From NCBI GenBank assembly GCA_045803545.1, contig JBJMOW010000005.1:1184001-1248000 (forward strand): 64,000 nucleotides of DNA, written 5' to 3'. This stretch comes from Gemmatimonadaceae bacterium (lineage in GTDB: Bacteria > Gemmatimonadota > Gemmatimonadetes > Gemmatimonadales > Gemmatimonadaceae). Both the position numbers and the translations under genes were made by a program. Below the pieces are notes generated by a model that worked only from the letters and a program-made list of their open reading frames with translations, was not told where the DNA came from and searched no databases. Positions 41,038-50,573 of this stretch are shown here, piece after piece (within the stretch, counting starts at the first letter, position 1; each line of letters starts with the position of its first letter).

Positions 41038-42066
41038 TTACGAGGTGGGCGTTTCAGCACCATTGGTGAGGATTCCGCTGAGGATGATGTCGCGGATGGT
41101 CTTGGCCCTCTCCGCCACTGTTTTCGCCTCCTCATTATATCGCTGAATTCCCGCCCGGTGTCCACTCCTTTCTGCCCTACGGACAAGCCGGCGCATCAGC
41201 GCGCCGCGCTCCTCAAGGGCGCGCAATGCAATCCAGAACGCAGTCTCGATTGCGTCTTGTTGTCTCGCCAGCATGCTGTCGAGGGCGAACGCGTGGCCGA
41301 CACGGCAGCGAAAGCGCAGAGTATCGGAGTCTGTCAATTCCCATAACGTCCCGCTGCAATCGGGGCAGACGAACGCGCTTACCAAACCCGGCTGGTCATC
41401 GCCATGGAGCTGGTCGAAATCAAGCTCGCTGATGGCAAGCTCTTTCTCTTCCTCTATTGTGTCGTCGCTATCCGCCATAACCATTTCCTCCTGATCGATC
41501 TCTTCGCCAGCCAGCTCCACAAGGCGGTCCGCGATTTTCCCCGCCGGCAGAATTTCGTCAGCGCAGCCGTTGCGAATTGCGCTGTCGACCATGCCGCGGT
41601 ATTGCGCCTCCTCGGGATCCTGAACGAGCGTCGTGCCGCCCCGCGCCTTGATTGTCTCCAGACCGGCAGTGCCGTCATCGAGGTTGCCTGACAGAACGAT
41701 TCCGACGACGCGCTGCCCGAATCTCAGTCCAGCAGAACGAAATAATGGATCCACAGCGGGCCGAACGCCGTGCTCGCGTGGACCTCGTACTAGATGCATC
41801 CGCTTTGTGCCAAGCATCAAGTGCGAACTCGGCGGTGCCACGTAGATACGTCCTTTCTCGATTCGGTCGCCATCCCGGGGGTGCGTTGCAGGCAGTTTCC
41901 CGTGGCGCGCGAGAATTTTTGGCAACACGCTGGTCGCGCCCTCGGGGATGTGCACGACGACAAAAATGCTGGCCGGGATTGTCGAAGGGAGTTTCGACAC
42001 CAACTCCGTTAACGCTTCAATTCCGCCAGCGGACGCGCCGATCACCACGATGTCTTTCTTCACCAT
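41038..42066 (-). CDS. cheB: CheB methylesterase (no receiver domain) with C-terminal Cys/His domain
   Basis: IGASAGG, VVHI, RPAVDPLF, LSGNLDDG; C-terminal CPDC...CRVGH. Confidence 0.9.
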   Translation of the reverse strand: MVKKDIVVIGASAGGIEALTELVSKLPSTIPASIFVVVHIPEGATSVLPKILARHGKLPATHPRDGDRIEKGRIYVAPPSSHLMLGTKRMHLVRGPREHGVRPAVDPLFRSAGLRFGQRVVGIVLSGNLDDGTAGLETIKARGGTTLVQDPEEAQYRGMVDSAIRNGCADEILPAGKIADRLVELAGEEIDQEEMVMADSDDTIEEEKELAISELDFDQLHGDDQPGLVSAFVCPDCSGTLWELTDSDTLRFRCRVGHAFALDSMLARQQDAIETAFWIALRALEERGALMRRLVRRAERSGHRAGIQRYNEEAKTVAERAKTIRDIILSGILTNGAETPTS

Positions 42067-42164
42067 TGCCGGTCCATGCCGGTCGCGTCGCTCTTCGGGC
42101 CAATGCGGCCCTGGAGTTGCGTATCAGTTGTTTGGAGAAGCGAATATAGAGGTTTGAGTCGCAA

Positions 42165-43625
42165 ATGACGGACCCAGGGCATCCAAGAAGTTCCGACCTG
42201 CGCGATTTTTCGCGGCAGGTGCGTGCCACGGTCAAGCGCCACGAGCGACGCGACGGTCACGCGCAATCTCCCCCCGACGAGCGCGAAGCCGAGCTGCTGA
42301 CTTTGATCGAGGAGCTGCGCGTCGCGGACGAGGAGCTGCGCGCCCAGAACGAAGAGTTGATTGGCAGCCGCCAGTTAATTGATCGCGAGCGCGCACGCTA
42401 TCGCGAACTGTTCGATTTCGCACCGGACGCTTACGTCGTGACTGATGTGAACGGCACTATCCGCGAAGCGAACGTCGCAGCCGGACGTCTGTTGTCCGTC
42501 GAGCCAAAATTCCTTGTCGGCAAGCCGATCCAGACCTTTTTCGAACAGGGATCACGCAGCCAGTACCAAAAGCAGCTCGATCAACTCTGTCACTCAGACC
42601 GAATTGATGATTGGGAGGTCTGGATCAATCCCCGAAAAGGATCCCGCACACCAGTCTCACTCTCGTTGAGCCGAACCCCGGCGCGCCAGGATAAAAAATC
42701 GGGATACCGCTGGATCCTGCGTGACATCACCCGTCAGAAAAACGCCGAGGATGCCCTGCGCGAGTTGAACCGCGACCTGGAGCTGCGTATTGCCTCGCGC
42801 ACAGCGCAGCTCGCCGCAGCGAATCTCAAGAAAGATCAGCTCATTTTTAGTGAGCGCAGAGCACGTGAGGAAGCGGAAATCGCAAACCGGGTCAAGTCGG
42901 ACTTCCTTGCGCTACTCAGTCACGAGTTTCGCACGCCCCTCCAGGCGATTTTTGGCTACACCGAATTGCTGCAGCGCGAGATCCACGGTCCGCTCACCCA
43001 GGCGCAGCAGCGCGACCTGAAGCGGATTCAGCAGAGTCAGCAACATCTACTCGGGCTGATCACGGCGATTCTGGATTTTGCACGCCTCGAGAGCGGTCAA
43101 GGCATTGAGGTGCAGTTGACCGCTGTCGCCGTACACGAAATTCTGTGCAACATGGAAGGATTCGTGGGGCCACAGTTGGAGAGCAAGAATCTCCGCTACG
43201 ACTATAAATGTGTCGACGACTCACTCGTTGCTCACGCTGATGCAGCGAAGGTCGAACAGATCGTGCTCAACATGTTGGCTAATGCCATCAAATTCACACC
43301 GGCCGGCGGCGCGATATCGCTCGAATGCGCGGGCACCAACGAGCGCGTTCACATCAAGGTGCGCGATACAGGCATTGGCATCCCGCCGGACAAGCTGGAA
43401 GCCATCTTCGAGCCTTTCGTCCAGATCCGCAGCCGAGACGCGACGCTGGGCGGCACCGGACTAGGCCTGCCGATCAGCCGGCGCCTGGCAACGGTTATGG
43501 GTGGCCAACTGCTCGCAGAGAGCATCCCCGGCGAAGGATCTACGTTCACGTTGATCCTTCCCGCTTTCTCGAAGTCCGCCCCGCCCGCGAACGCGAACGA
43601 TTCGCTGGCGACAAGCGGAACCTAA
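42165..43625 (+). CDS. PAS-domain sensor histidine kinase, cytoplasmic
   Basis: PAS, SHEFRTPL, NMLANAIKFT, DTGIGI and GTGLGL motifs. Confidence 0.9.
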   Translation: MTDPGHPRSSDLRDFSRQVRATVKRHERRDGHAQSPPDEREAELLTLIEELRVADEELRAQNEELIGSRQLIDRERARYRELFDFAPDAYVVTDVNGTIREANVAAGRLLSVEPKFLVGKPIQTFFEQGSRSQYQKQLDQLCHSDRIDDWEVWINPRKGSRTPVSLSLSRTPARQDKKSGYRWILRDITRQKNAEDALRELNRDLELRIASRTAQLAAANLKKDQLIFSERRAREEAEIANRVKSDFLALLSHEFRTPLQAIFGYTELLQREIHGPLTQAQQRDLKRIQQSQQHLLGLITAILDFARLESGQGIEVQLTAVAVHEILCNMEGFVGPQLESKNLRYDYKCVDDSLVAHADAAKVEQIVLNMLANAIKFTPAGGAISLECAGTNERVHIKVRDTGIGIPPDKLEAIFEPFVQIRSRDATLGGTGLGLPISRRLATVMGGQLLAESIPGEGSTFTLILPAFSKSAPPANANDSLATSGT

Positions 43626-43662
43626 AGGGTCTATAGGCCCGCTTCTTTCGTTCCGTCTCGTT

Positions 43663-44514
43663 ATGCGAAAGCGGGCCGGCTATGGGAGTCTGCTGATCAT
43701 CGGCGGACATGAGGACAAGGAAGGCGACAAGATCATTCTGCGCGCCTTCGTCAAGAAAGTCGGCAAATCATCGAAGGTCGTCGTCGCGACTCTCGCCTCA
43801 ACAGAACCCCGGCAAATGTTCGATGACTACGAGACCGCGCTGCGCGGTCTTGGTATGAGGCACGTCCATCATCTCAGCATCGAGAGTCGTGAAGAGGCGA
43901 TGTCGGAGTCGAAGCTACGAGTACTCGGCGATGCCGATGCGGTCTATTTCACCGGCGGCGACCAGCTCAAAATCACCAGTCAGATCGGGGATACGCCGAT
44001 CTACAAGCGCATCTGCGCGATCTTCGACGCCGGTGGTCTGATTGCGGGTAGCTCCGCCGGCGCTTCGGTGATGAGCGATACGATGATGGTCAGCGGAGAC
44101 GGCGACTCGACATACAAGATCAAATCCCTGCTGCAGCTGGCGCCCGGATTGGGTTTGCTTCAGAACGTCATCGTCGACCAGCACTTCTCTGAGCGCGGTC
44201 GCATCGGTCGTCTGCTCGGCGCTGTCGCACAAAACCCGCGCATGCTCGGCATTGGCCTCGACGAAGACTGTGGCATTCTCGTGCATCGCGGCCGATTCCA
44301 GGTGCTCGGCTCAAACGCGGTACACGTTCTCGATGCCGGCAAAGTCACCTTCACCAATCTTACCGAAGCCGATCCCCAGACATCGCTCTGCATCTACGGT
44401 GTACGATTACACGTTCTGAATCAGTCTGACACCTTTGATTTGAAAGCCCGCCGTCCCCGCTATCACCCCGAGCACGAGATCAAGGACTGGCTGGGGCTGT
44501 CGCCGAAGAAATAG
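43663..44514 (+). CDS. cphB: Cyanophycinase (peptidase S51)
   Basis: IIGGHEDK, FTGGDQ, GSSAGA and DQHFSERGR motifs. Confidence 0.85.
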   Translation: MRKRAGYGSLLIIGGHEDKEGDKIILRAFVKKVGKSSKVVVATLASTEPRQMFDDYETALRGLGMRHVHHLSIESREEAMSESKLRVLGDADAVYFTGGDQLKITSQIGDTPIYKRICAIFDAGGLIAGSSAGASVMSDTMMVSGDGDSTYKIKSLLQLAPGLGLLQNVIVDQHFSERGRIGRLLGAVAQNPRMLGIGLDEDCGILVHRGRFQVLGSNAVHVLDAGKVTFTNLTEADPQTSLCIYGVRLHVLNQSDTFDLKARRPRYHPEHEIKDWLGLSPKK

Positions 44515-45055
44515 AAGGTGCTTTCACGCAACACTGTTCGAGCATCTCCGTTATCTCGCGCATCGTTGTGACCCCGCGATCGCGCGCGTAGAAGGTGCGG
44601 ATCTCCTTGTATCGAGCATCTTTCGGCAGCTGCATACCGCTGTCGACTACCCACTGCTGCAGCGCGCGGGGTCGCGGGCCCCACCAGCCGCATTCCTGGA
44701 ACTTTTCGTTGAGCAGGATCACGATTGGGATCGATCGCGACCTGCCGTTCGTCAAATGCGCATCCATGATGTCGAGATTCTGGTCGCGCGCGAGAATGCG
44801 CATGTCCATGTTGCTCACTGAATCGGCGAGTCTGGCGACGATCGGCACGATGTTCACCGCGTCACCGCACCAGTCTTCACTCAGAACGAGCAGGTGCCAG
44901 TGTCCCTGGAGGGCCTCGACCCGCGCCGAGTATTCAATTGGTATCATCACTCGTTGCGCCAGGGCGAGCCAAAGCTCGTGATTCACCGTCGGCCGGGCAA
45001 GAAAGTTGGAAAACGTTTCGCCGTCGTAGTACCGCGTTCTCGTAATTAGCGTCAT
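44480..45055 (-). CDS. Thioredoxin-fold protein (Thioredoxin_9-like)
   Basis: EDWCGDA, SRSIP and WGPRP motifs. Confidence 0.8.
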   Translation of the reverse strand: MTLITRTRYYDGETFSNFLARPTVNHELWLALAQRVMIPIEYSARVEALQGHWHLLVLSEDWCGDAVNIVPIVARLADSVSNMDMRILARDQNLDIMDAHLTNGRSRSIPIVILLNEKFQECGWWGPRPRALQQWVVDSGMQLPKDARYKEIRTFYARDRGVTTMREITEMLEQCCVKAPSISSATAPASP

Positions 45056-45555
45056 CCGACCGTTCCCGCCGCCCGCTTCGCCCCTGCGGCCTCCCGCATC
45101 ATGTCGACGTGGATAATTCCGTCCTCCTCGTAAGGCTCCGAGATGCTCTCAAATCCAAAGCCGCGATAAAAGTTTTCGAGTCGACGCTGGGCAGCGATTT
45201 TGATGGGTTGGTTTGGCACCAGCTGCTCCGTTCTACGCAAGGCTTCTACCATCAGCTGCTTGCCCAGTCCGGTTCCGCGCACATCGGGTGCAGTCACGAT
45301 CCGACCGATCGACGCTTCGTGATACCGGATACCCGGCTCGAAGATTCTTGCGTAAGCCCCGAGTGACTTGCCGTCTGGTCCGTCGCGCCAGCCGAGCAAG
45401 TGCCAGGCGAGCGGATCGCGTCCATCGGAGTCCGGATAGGGACAGTTCTGCTCGATGATGAAGACTGCTTCGCGCAATCGGACAATTGCGTAAAGGTCGT
45501 CGACTGTGAGATCGCGAAAACGAGCGAGCTGCCAGGATGCGCTTGTGTTGCTCAA
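45052..45555 (-). CDS. GNAT acetyltransferase, ElaA family
   Basis: LR..VF..EQ.CPY, SIGR and YEEDGI.H motifs. Confidence 0.85.
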   Translation of the reverse strand: MSNTSASWQLARFRDLTVDDLYAIVRLREAVFIIEQNCPYPDSDGRDPLAWHLLGWRDGPDGKSLGAYARIFEPGIRYHEASIGRIVTAPDVRGTGLGKQLMVEALRRTEQLVPNQPIKIAAQRRLENFYRGFGFESISEPYEEDGIIHVDMMREAAGAKRAAGTVG

Positions 45556-45607
45556 TTCCGGCCTCTATTCTGCGCAGTCGACTCCGTCCTCATCAGGATA
45601 AACTTAA

Positions 45608-47020
45608 ATGACCGCCAAGTCGCTGCGTAAACTCGCGCTTCTCTTCTGCGCTTCGTTTCCCTCGCTGTTGCTCGCGCAGCAGCCAACGACATTGGCAGCT
45701 GGCGATGTCACAATTGGATTGAAACGCGACCCCGCACTGGCGGCCACCATCGCCGACATTTCGTCCGCGCAGATTCGGGCGACCGACTCCGCGCTGGTGT
45801 CGTTCGGTACCAGGCACGCCATGAGCGACACGGTCAGCAGCACTCGCGGCATTGGCGCCGCTCGGCGTTATCTGTTCGCCAAGCTCAATGGCTACAGTCA
45901 GGCCTGTGGCGGCTGCCTGCGCGTCGAATACGACCCAGCACTGATGGAGATGCGCGGTCACCCGGACAGACCGACCGTGAACATCGTCAATGTCGTGGCG
46001 TGGCTGCCGGGCGCTGACACCAGCCGCGTCGTCGTCATGGGTGGACACTACGATTCCTGCGGCTGTGCGCGGACCGATGTGGGTCCACTCGCCAGGTTCG
46101 AGGCGACTCAGGACGCACCTGGCGCTGACGATGATGGCTCCGGTACCTCCGCCATCGTCGAGCTGGCGCGCGTTTTCTCGAAGCATTTCCCGCGCGGACT
46201 GCAGTCGTCGATCATCTTCGTCGCCTACTCCGGCGAGGAGGAGGGACTTTACGGGTCCACCCATCTCGCGCAGCGATTGCACGCGGCGGGATACAGAGTG
46301 GTATCCGCGTTCACCGACGACATCGTCGGCAACGTAGTTGCCGAAGATGGCAGTGTCGATTCAACCAGTGTCCGGATCTTCGGCGCCGAGCCGGACAATG
46401 GGCCGAGCAGAGAGCTGGCGCGGTATGCGTGGGCAACCGGGACGATCTACAATCCACGGTTCAGGGTGCTGCCGGTGTTCCGACTCGATCGAATCTCGCG
46501 CGGTGGCGACCACAGCCCGTACGTCAGCCTTGGCGACCCGGGTCTGCGTTTTACGGAGCGGCTGGAGAACTACAAGCGTCAGCATCTGCCGACGGACGAT
46601 TTCGCTCACGTCAATTTCAGCTACGTCGCCAATGTCGCCCGCAACAATGCGTCGGTCATCGGATCGCTGGCGAACGCACCCGCGCCGCCGTTGGCGCTGG
46701 CGGTACGCGATCGCGAATCAGGGGGCGCGAAATGGAGATTGACCTGGAGCGCGGTGCCGACGGCGACCTCTTATGAAGTTTTGTTCCGGCGCACGACATC
46801 GCCGACTTACGAGAAGATCTATCCGGTGGCGACCGGGACAACGTTCCTTCTCCCCGATCAGCTGGATGATGGGTGGGCGGCCGTCAGGTCGGTCGGGGCA
46901 AGCGGACACCGCTCGCTGACAGCGGCCGTCCCACCGCCCTGTCCCGTGCTAACCACCCACGCCGACTCCGTCTCCGCTGGCGACATCATCAGGAACTGCA
47001 TCCGGGCGCCGGGCAGGTAA
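45608..47020 (+). CDS. M28 family metallopeptidase, secreted
   Basis: GGHYDS, GADDDGSG, GEEEGLYGS and RGGDH motifs; signal peptide. Confidence 0.85.
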   Translation: MTAKSLRKLALLFCASFPSLLLAQQPTTLAAGDVTIGLKRDPALAATIADISSAQIRATDSALVSFGTRHAMSDTVSSTRGIGAARRYLFAKLNGYSQACGGCLRVEYDPALMEMRGHPDRPTVNIVNVVAWLPGADTSRVVVMGGHYDSCGCARTDVGPLARFEATQDAPGADDDGSGTSAIVELARVFSKHFPRGLQSSIIFVAYSGEEEGLYGSTHLAQRLHAAGYRVVSAFTDDIVGNVVAEDGSVDSTSVRIFGAEPDNGPSRELARYAWATGTIYNPRFRVLPVFRLDRISRGGDHSPYVSLGDPGLRFTERLENYKRQHLPTDDFAHVNFSYVANVARNNASVIGSLANAPAPPLALAVRDRESGGAKWRLTWSAVPTATSYEVLFRRTTSPTYEKIYPVATGTTFLLPDQLDDGWAAVRSVGASGHRSLTAAVPPPCPVLTTHADSVSAGDIIRNCIRAPGR

Positions 47021-47035
47021 GACCGAGGACAGATG

Positions 47036-47204
47036 GACTGAGGGCCGACGACTAAGAGCATCTATGATTGCTGATTAGGTGAGGATCCAGGACAAGCCGA
47101 ACAGCAGGACTGCCGACCATCGGGGATCCTCGGTCCTGATTATCTCTGTCTTCGATCCTCACTTAATCAGCAATCAGCAATGCTCTTAGTCCTCGCCCTC
47201 GGTC
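47036..47204. repeat. About 170-bp palindromic element with about 50-bp imperfect terminal inverted repeats
   Basis: gactaagagcat..gattgctgattaggtgaggatc (47050-47087) pairs with gatcctcacttaatcagcaatc..atgctcttagtc (47154-47191). Confidence 0.75.
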
Positions 47205-47293
47205 GACGGGTGTTAAGCCCCGCCAACAAAATCGTCCTAACTGAGGTGGGCCATCCCATCGTCCGGCCAAGCCAGTAACCTCGTCGATTTCGC

Positions 47294-48529
47294 ATGAAGT
47301 ACTCTGCCTCGAATATTCTCTTCGGCCTTGCCATGATCACCGCTTGCGCCCCACCGCCGCCGGCCAAAGTTGTCGCGCCGATTCCGGTGCAGCATCAATA
47401 CATCGCGCCCGAAGTCGGTCTCAATAACTCAGGACTCGACACGTCGCTGGCGCCGAAGCTCGACAAAATTGTAAAGACTTCGATCGAGGAAGCTGTCGCT
47501 CCCGGAGTCGCGATCGCAGTGGGCCGTAACGGCCACATCGCCTACATGAAAGGTTACGGCTACATCGATTGGAATCAGCCCGGCTCGCCGGCTGTCGACA
47601 CCAATACGCTCTACGATCTGGCGTCGCTCACCAAGGTGATCGCTACAACGACTCTGGCGATGATTCTCGAGGAGAACGGACAGCTCGATCTCAATCGCAC
47701 CGTCGTGTCATATCTGCCGGAGTTCAACTCACCTGAAAAAGCGCAGATCACTGTCAAGCAGCTGCTGACGCACAGCGGCGGACTCGAAGCGGGTGCGAAT
47801 ATTTATCAAACGGCGAAGGGACGCGATCAGTACCTCTCTCAGATCAACGCACGCCCGCTCGAGTACACTCCCGGGACCAACATGATCTACAGCGACTGGG
47901 ACATGATCCTGGTGCAGTTGGTCATGGAGCGCATCAGCGGGAAAACTCTGGACGTCCTCGCCACCGAGAAGATCTTCAAGCCACTCGGTATGGTCGACAC
48001 TCAGTTCAACCCACCTTTTTCGCTTCGTCCACGAATCGCACCGACTCAGGTCGACGACGCGCGCGGCGGCCTGCTGTGGGGCACGGTGCACGACGAGAAC
48101 TCGTACGCGCTGGGTGGTGTTGCGGGTCACGCCGGCCTTTTCTCGACAGCAAAGGATCTGGCGCTCTTCTCGATGATGATTCTGAACGGCGGCGAAGGTG
48201 TGAATGGCGTCCGCATAGTCAAACCCGCGACGATCGCCCGCTGGACGGCGCGTCAGGGCAGAGAATCCACTCGGGCGCTCGGCTGGGACTCGCCAGAAGG
48301 CGGCTCGAGCGCGGGCCAGTTCTTCTCGCCGTGGAGCTTCGGCCACACCGGCTTCACCGGAACCTCGATCTGGATCGACCCCGAGAAAGACCTGTTCGTG
48401 GTCGTGTTGACCAACCGCGTGAACCCATCTCGGAATAACACCCGCCACGTGCAGTTGCGTCGCGATGTCGCGGATGCCGTGCAGCAGGCCGTTTTGGGCG
48501 CGCGGATAGTTAACTGGGAAGCACGCTAG
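47294..48529 (+). CDS. Serine hydrolase (beta-lactamase family, AmiE-like) lipoprotein
   Basis: ITAC lipobox; DLASLTK, YSD, VHDEN, GHAGLFS and GHTGFTGTS motifs. Confidence 0.85.
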   Translation: MKYSASNILFGLAMITACAPPPPAKVVAPIPVQHQYIAPEVGLNNSGLDTSLAPKLDKIVKTSIEEAVAPGVAIAVGRNGHIAYMKGYGYIDWNQPGSPAVDTNTLYDLASLTKVIATTTLAMILEENGQLDLNRTVVSYLPEFNSPEKAQITVKQLLTHSGGLEAGANIYQTAKGRDQYLSQINARPLEYTPGTNMIYSDWDMILVQLVMERISGKTLDVLATEKIFKPLGMVDTQFNPPFSLRPRIAPTQVDDARGGLLWGTVHDENSYALGGVAGHAGLFSTAKDLALFSMMILNGGEGVNGVRIVKPATIARWTARQGRESTRALGWDSPEGGSSAGQFFSPWSFGHTGFTGTSIWIDPEKDLFVVVLTNRVNPSRNNTRHVQLRRDVADAVQQAVLGARIVNWEAR

Positions 48530-48641
48530 GACTGCGGACATAACTGCCAACTGCCTCGCTATTAGCTGATAGCAGCGAGGTAGTGCGCTTTTAAGTCCTC
48601 ACTCCGCAGCACGGCCACTCCGAGTGATATAATTTTCTGGT

Positions 48642-50573
48642 ATGGCATCAACGAAGGAGCGCGTCCCCGTCATCATCGTCGAGTATGACGAGATCGCGAA
48701 GACCATCGCGCACCGCATCGCCGAGATCATAAAGGAACGCCGGCGCGAGGGTGGGCGTGCGGTGCTTGGACTGGCTACCGGCAGCACCCCAATCGGCATC
48801 TACCGCGAGCTGATCAGAATGCATCGCGAAGATGGGTTCGATTTCTCCGACGTCGTGACCTTCAATCTCGACGAGTATTACCCGATGAACCCGGACAGCA
48901 TCCACAGCTATCACCGGTTCATGCGGGAGAATCTGTTCAACCACATCAACATCAAGCCGCAAAACATCCACATCCCGCGCGGTGACGTGCCGCGCGACGA
49001 CGTTGAGGTGGAATGCGAGCGCTACGAAGCCGCAATCAAGAAAGCCGGCGGAATCGATCTGCAGATTCTCGGTATCGGTAAGACGGGTCACATCGGATTC
49101 AATGAGCCTGGCTCCGGCGCCGACTCACGCACGCGTCGCATCGCGCTCGATACGGTGACACGCCGCGACGCCGCCGCTGACTTTTTCGGCGAGGACAACG
49201 TCCCCACCGAAGCGCTCACCATGGGTGTGGCGTCGATCATGGATGCGCGTGAAATCGCGCTCATCGCCACCGGCGAGCACAAGGCGGCGATCATCAAGCG
49301 CGCGGTCGAGGGTGAGCCGGACCCCGACGTCGCCGCGACCTATTTGCAGGCGCATCCCCACGCGATCTTCTACGTCGATGTAGCCGCGGCCGCTGAGTTG
49401 ACGCGGGTCAAGACACCGTGGGTCCTCGGCGAAGTGAAATGGACGCGCGACAAGGAAATCGATGCCGTAATCTGGCTCAGCGAGATTACGGGCAAGTCTG
49501 TCCTCAAGCTCGATGAGACTGACTATCGGGAGCACCACCTCAGCCCGCTGCTGGCGAAGCACGGCAAGGCGGGACCGTTGAACGGCGAAGTCTTCAACGC
49601 ACTGATCGCCAAAATCCGCGGCCGCAGCAAGCTGCCGATGGGCAAGCGCATCATCGTCTTCTCGCCGCACCCCGACGACGATGTGATCTCGATGGGCGGC
49701 ATGCTCAACAAGCTGCACCAGAACCGCAACGACATCATCGTCGCGTACCAGACTTCGGGAAACATCGCCGTCTTCGACCACGAAGTTCGGCGATACGCGG
49801 ATTTCATTCGCCGCTTCGGCAACGATTTCGATATCAACGACAACGCGGCCGGAGCGCTTGTTGAGGAAGTGGAGAGTTTCCTCGATACCAAGAAAGTCGG
49901 CGAGACCGATGCTTTCCCGGTGCAAGTGATGAAACGGGCCATTCGCGAAGCTGAAGCCGTTTCCGGTATCGAGACTTTCGGCATGAGCCGCGAGCAGGCG
50001 CGTTTCCTCAACCTGCCGTTCTACCAGACAGGTAAGGTGCGCAAGGATCCGATCGGTCCCGAGGACGTGCGCATCGTTCTCGACCTTTTAGAGGAGCGGC
50101 AGCCGGAGCTGATCTTCGTCGCCGGCGATCTATCCGACCCGCACGGCACCCACCGGATGTGCCTGGAGGCGGTTCAGCAGGCGCTTATCCAGTACTCAGG
50201 CCAATCGCCCGAGATGTGGTACTACCGCGGCGCCTGGCAGGAATGGGAAATCAGTGAGGCAGACGTGCTGGTACCGCTATCGGAAGACGAGCTGCGCGCC
50301 AAGAAGATGGCGATCTTCAAGCACCAATCGCAGAAAGACCGCGCTCCCTTCCCTGGCCAGGACGATCGCGAGTTCTGGCAACGCGTAGAGGAACGGAATC
50401 GTGACACTGCTCACCGCGTGGACAGGCTTGGTCTGCCGGAGTATTTCGCGATGGAGGCATACGTCGTTCGTCGCGCCGGCGCACCGATCGAGCAGGAAAT
50501 GATCGCGACCAGCTCACTGGCTGAAAGAGACACGTCGCGCGTCAGAGCGACCACGGTCAAAGCAGGTCGCTGA
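48642..50573 (+). CDS. nagB: Glucosamine-6-phosphate deaminase with C-terminal PIG-L-type domain
   Basis: LGLATGSTP, FNLDEYY, GHIGFNEPG; C-terminal SPHPDDD and DPHGTH. Confidence 0.9.
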   Translation: MASTKERVPVIIVEYDEIAKTIAHRIAEIIKERRREGGRAVLGLATGSTPIGIYRELIRMHREDGFDFSDVVTFNLDEYYPMNPDSIHSYHRFMRENLFNHINIKPQNIHIPRGDVPRDDVEVECERYEAAIKKAGGIDLQILGIGKTGHIGFNEPGSGADSRTRRIALDTVTRRDAAADFFGEDNVPTEALTMGVASIMDAREIALIATGEHKAAIIKRAVEGEPDPDVAATYLQAHPHAIFYVDVAAAAELTRVKTPWVLGEVKWTRDKEIDAVIWLSEITGKSVLKLDETDYREHHLSPLLAKHGKAGPLNGEVFNALIAKIRGRSKLPMGKRIIVFSPHPDDDVISMGGMLNKLHQNRNDIIVAYQTSGNIAVFDHEVRRYADFIRRFGNDFDINDNAAGALVEEVESFLDTKKVGETDAFPVQVMKRAIREAEAVSGIETFGMSREQARFLNLPFYQTGKVRKDPIGPEDVRIVLDLLEERQPELIFVAGDLSDPHGTHRMCLEAVQQALIQYSGQSPEMWYYRGAWQEWEISEADVLVPLSEDELRAKKMAIFKHQSQKDRAPFPGQDDREFWQRVEERNRDTAHRVDRLGLPEYFAMEAYVVRRAGAPIEQEMIATSSLAERDTSRVRATTVKAGR

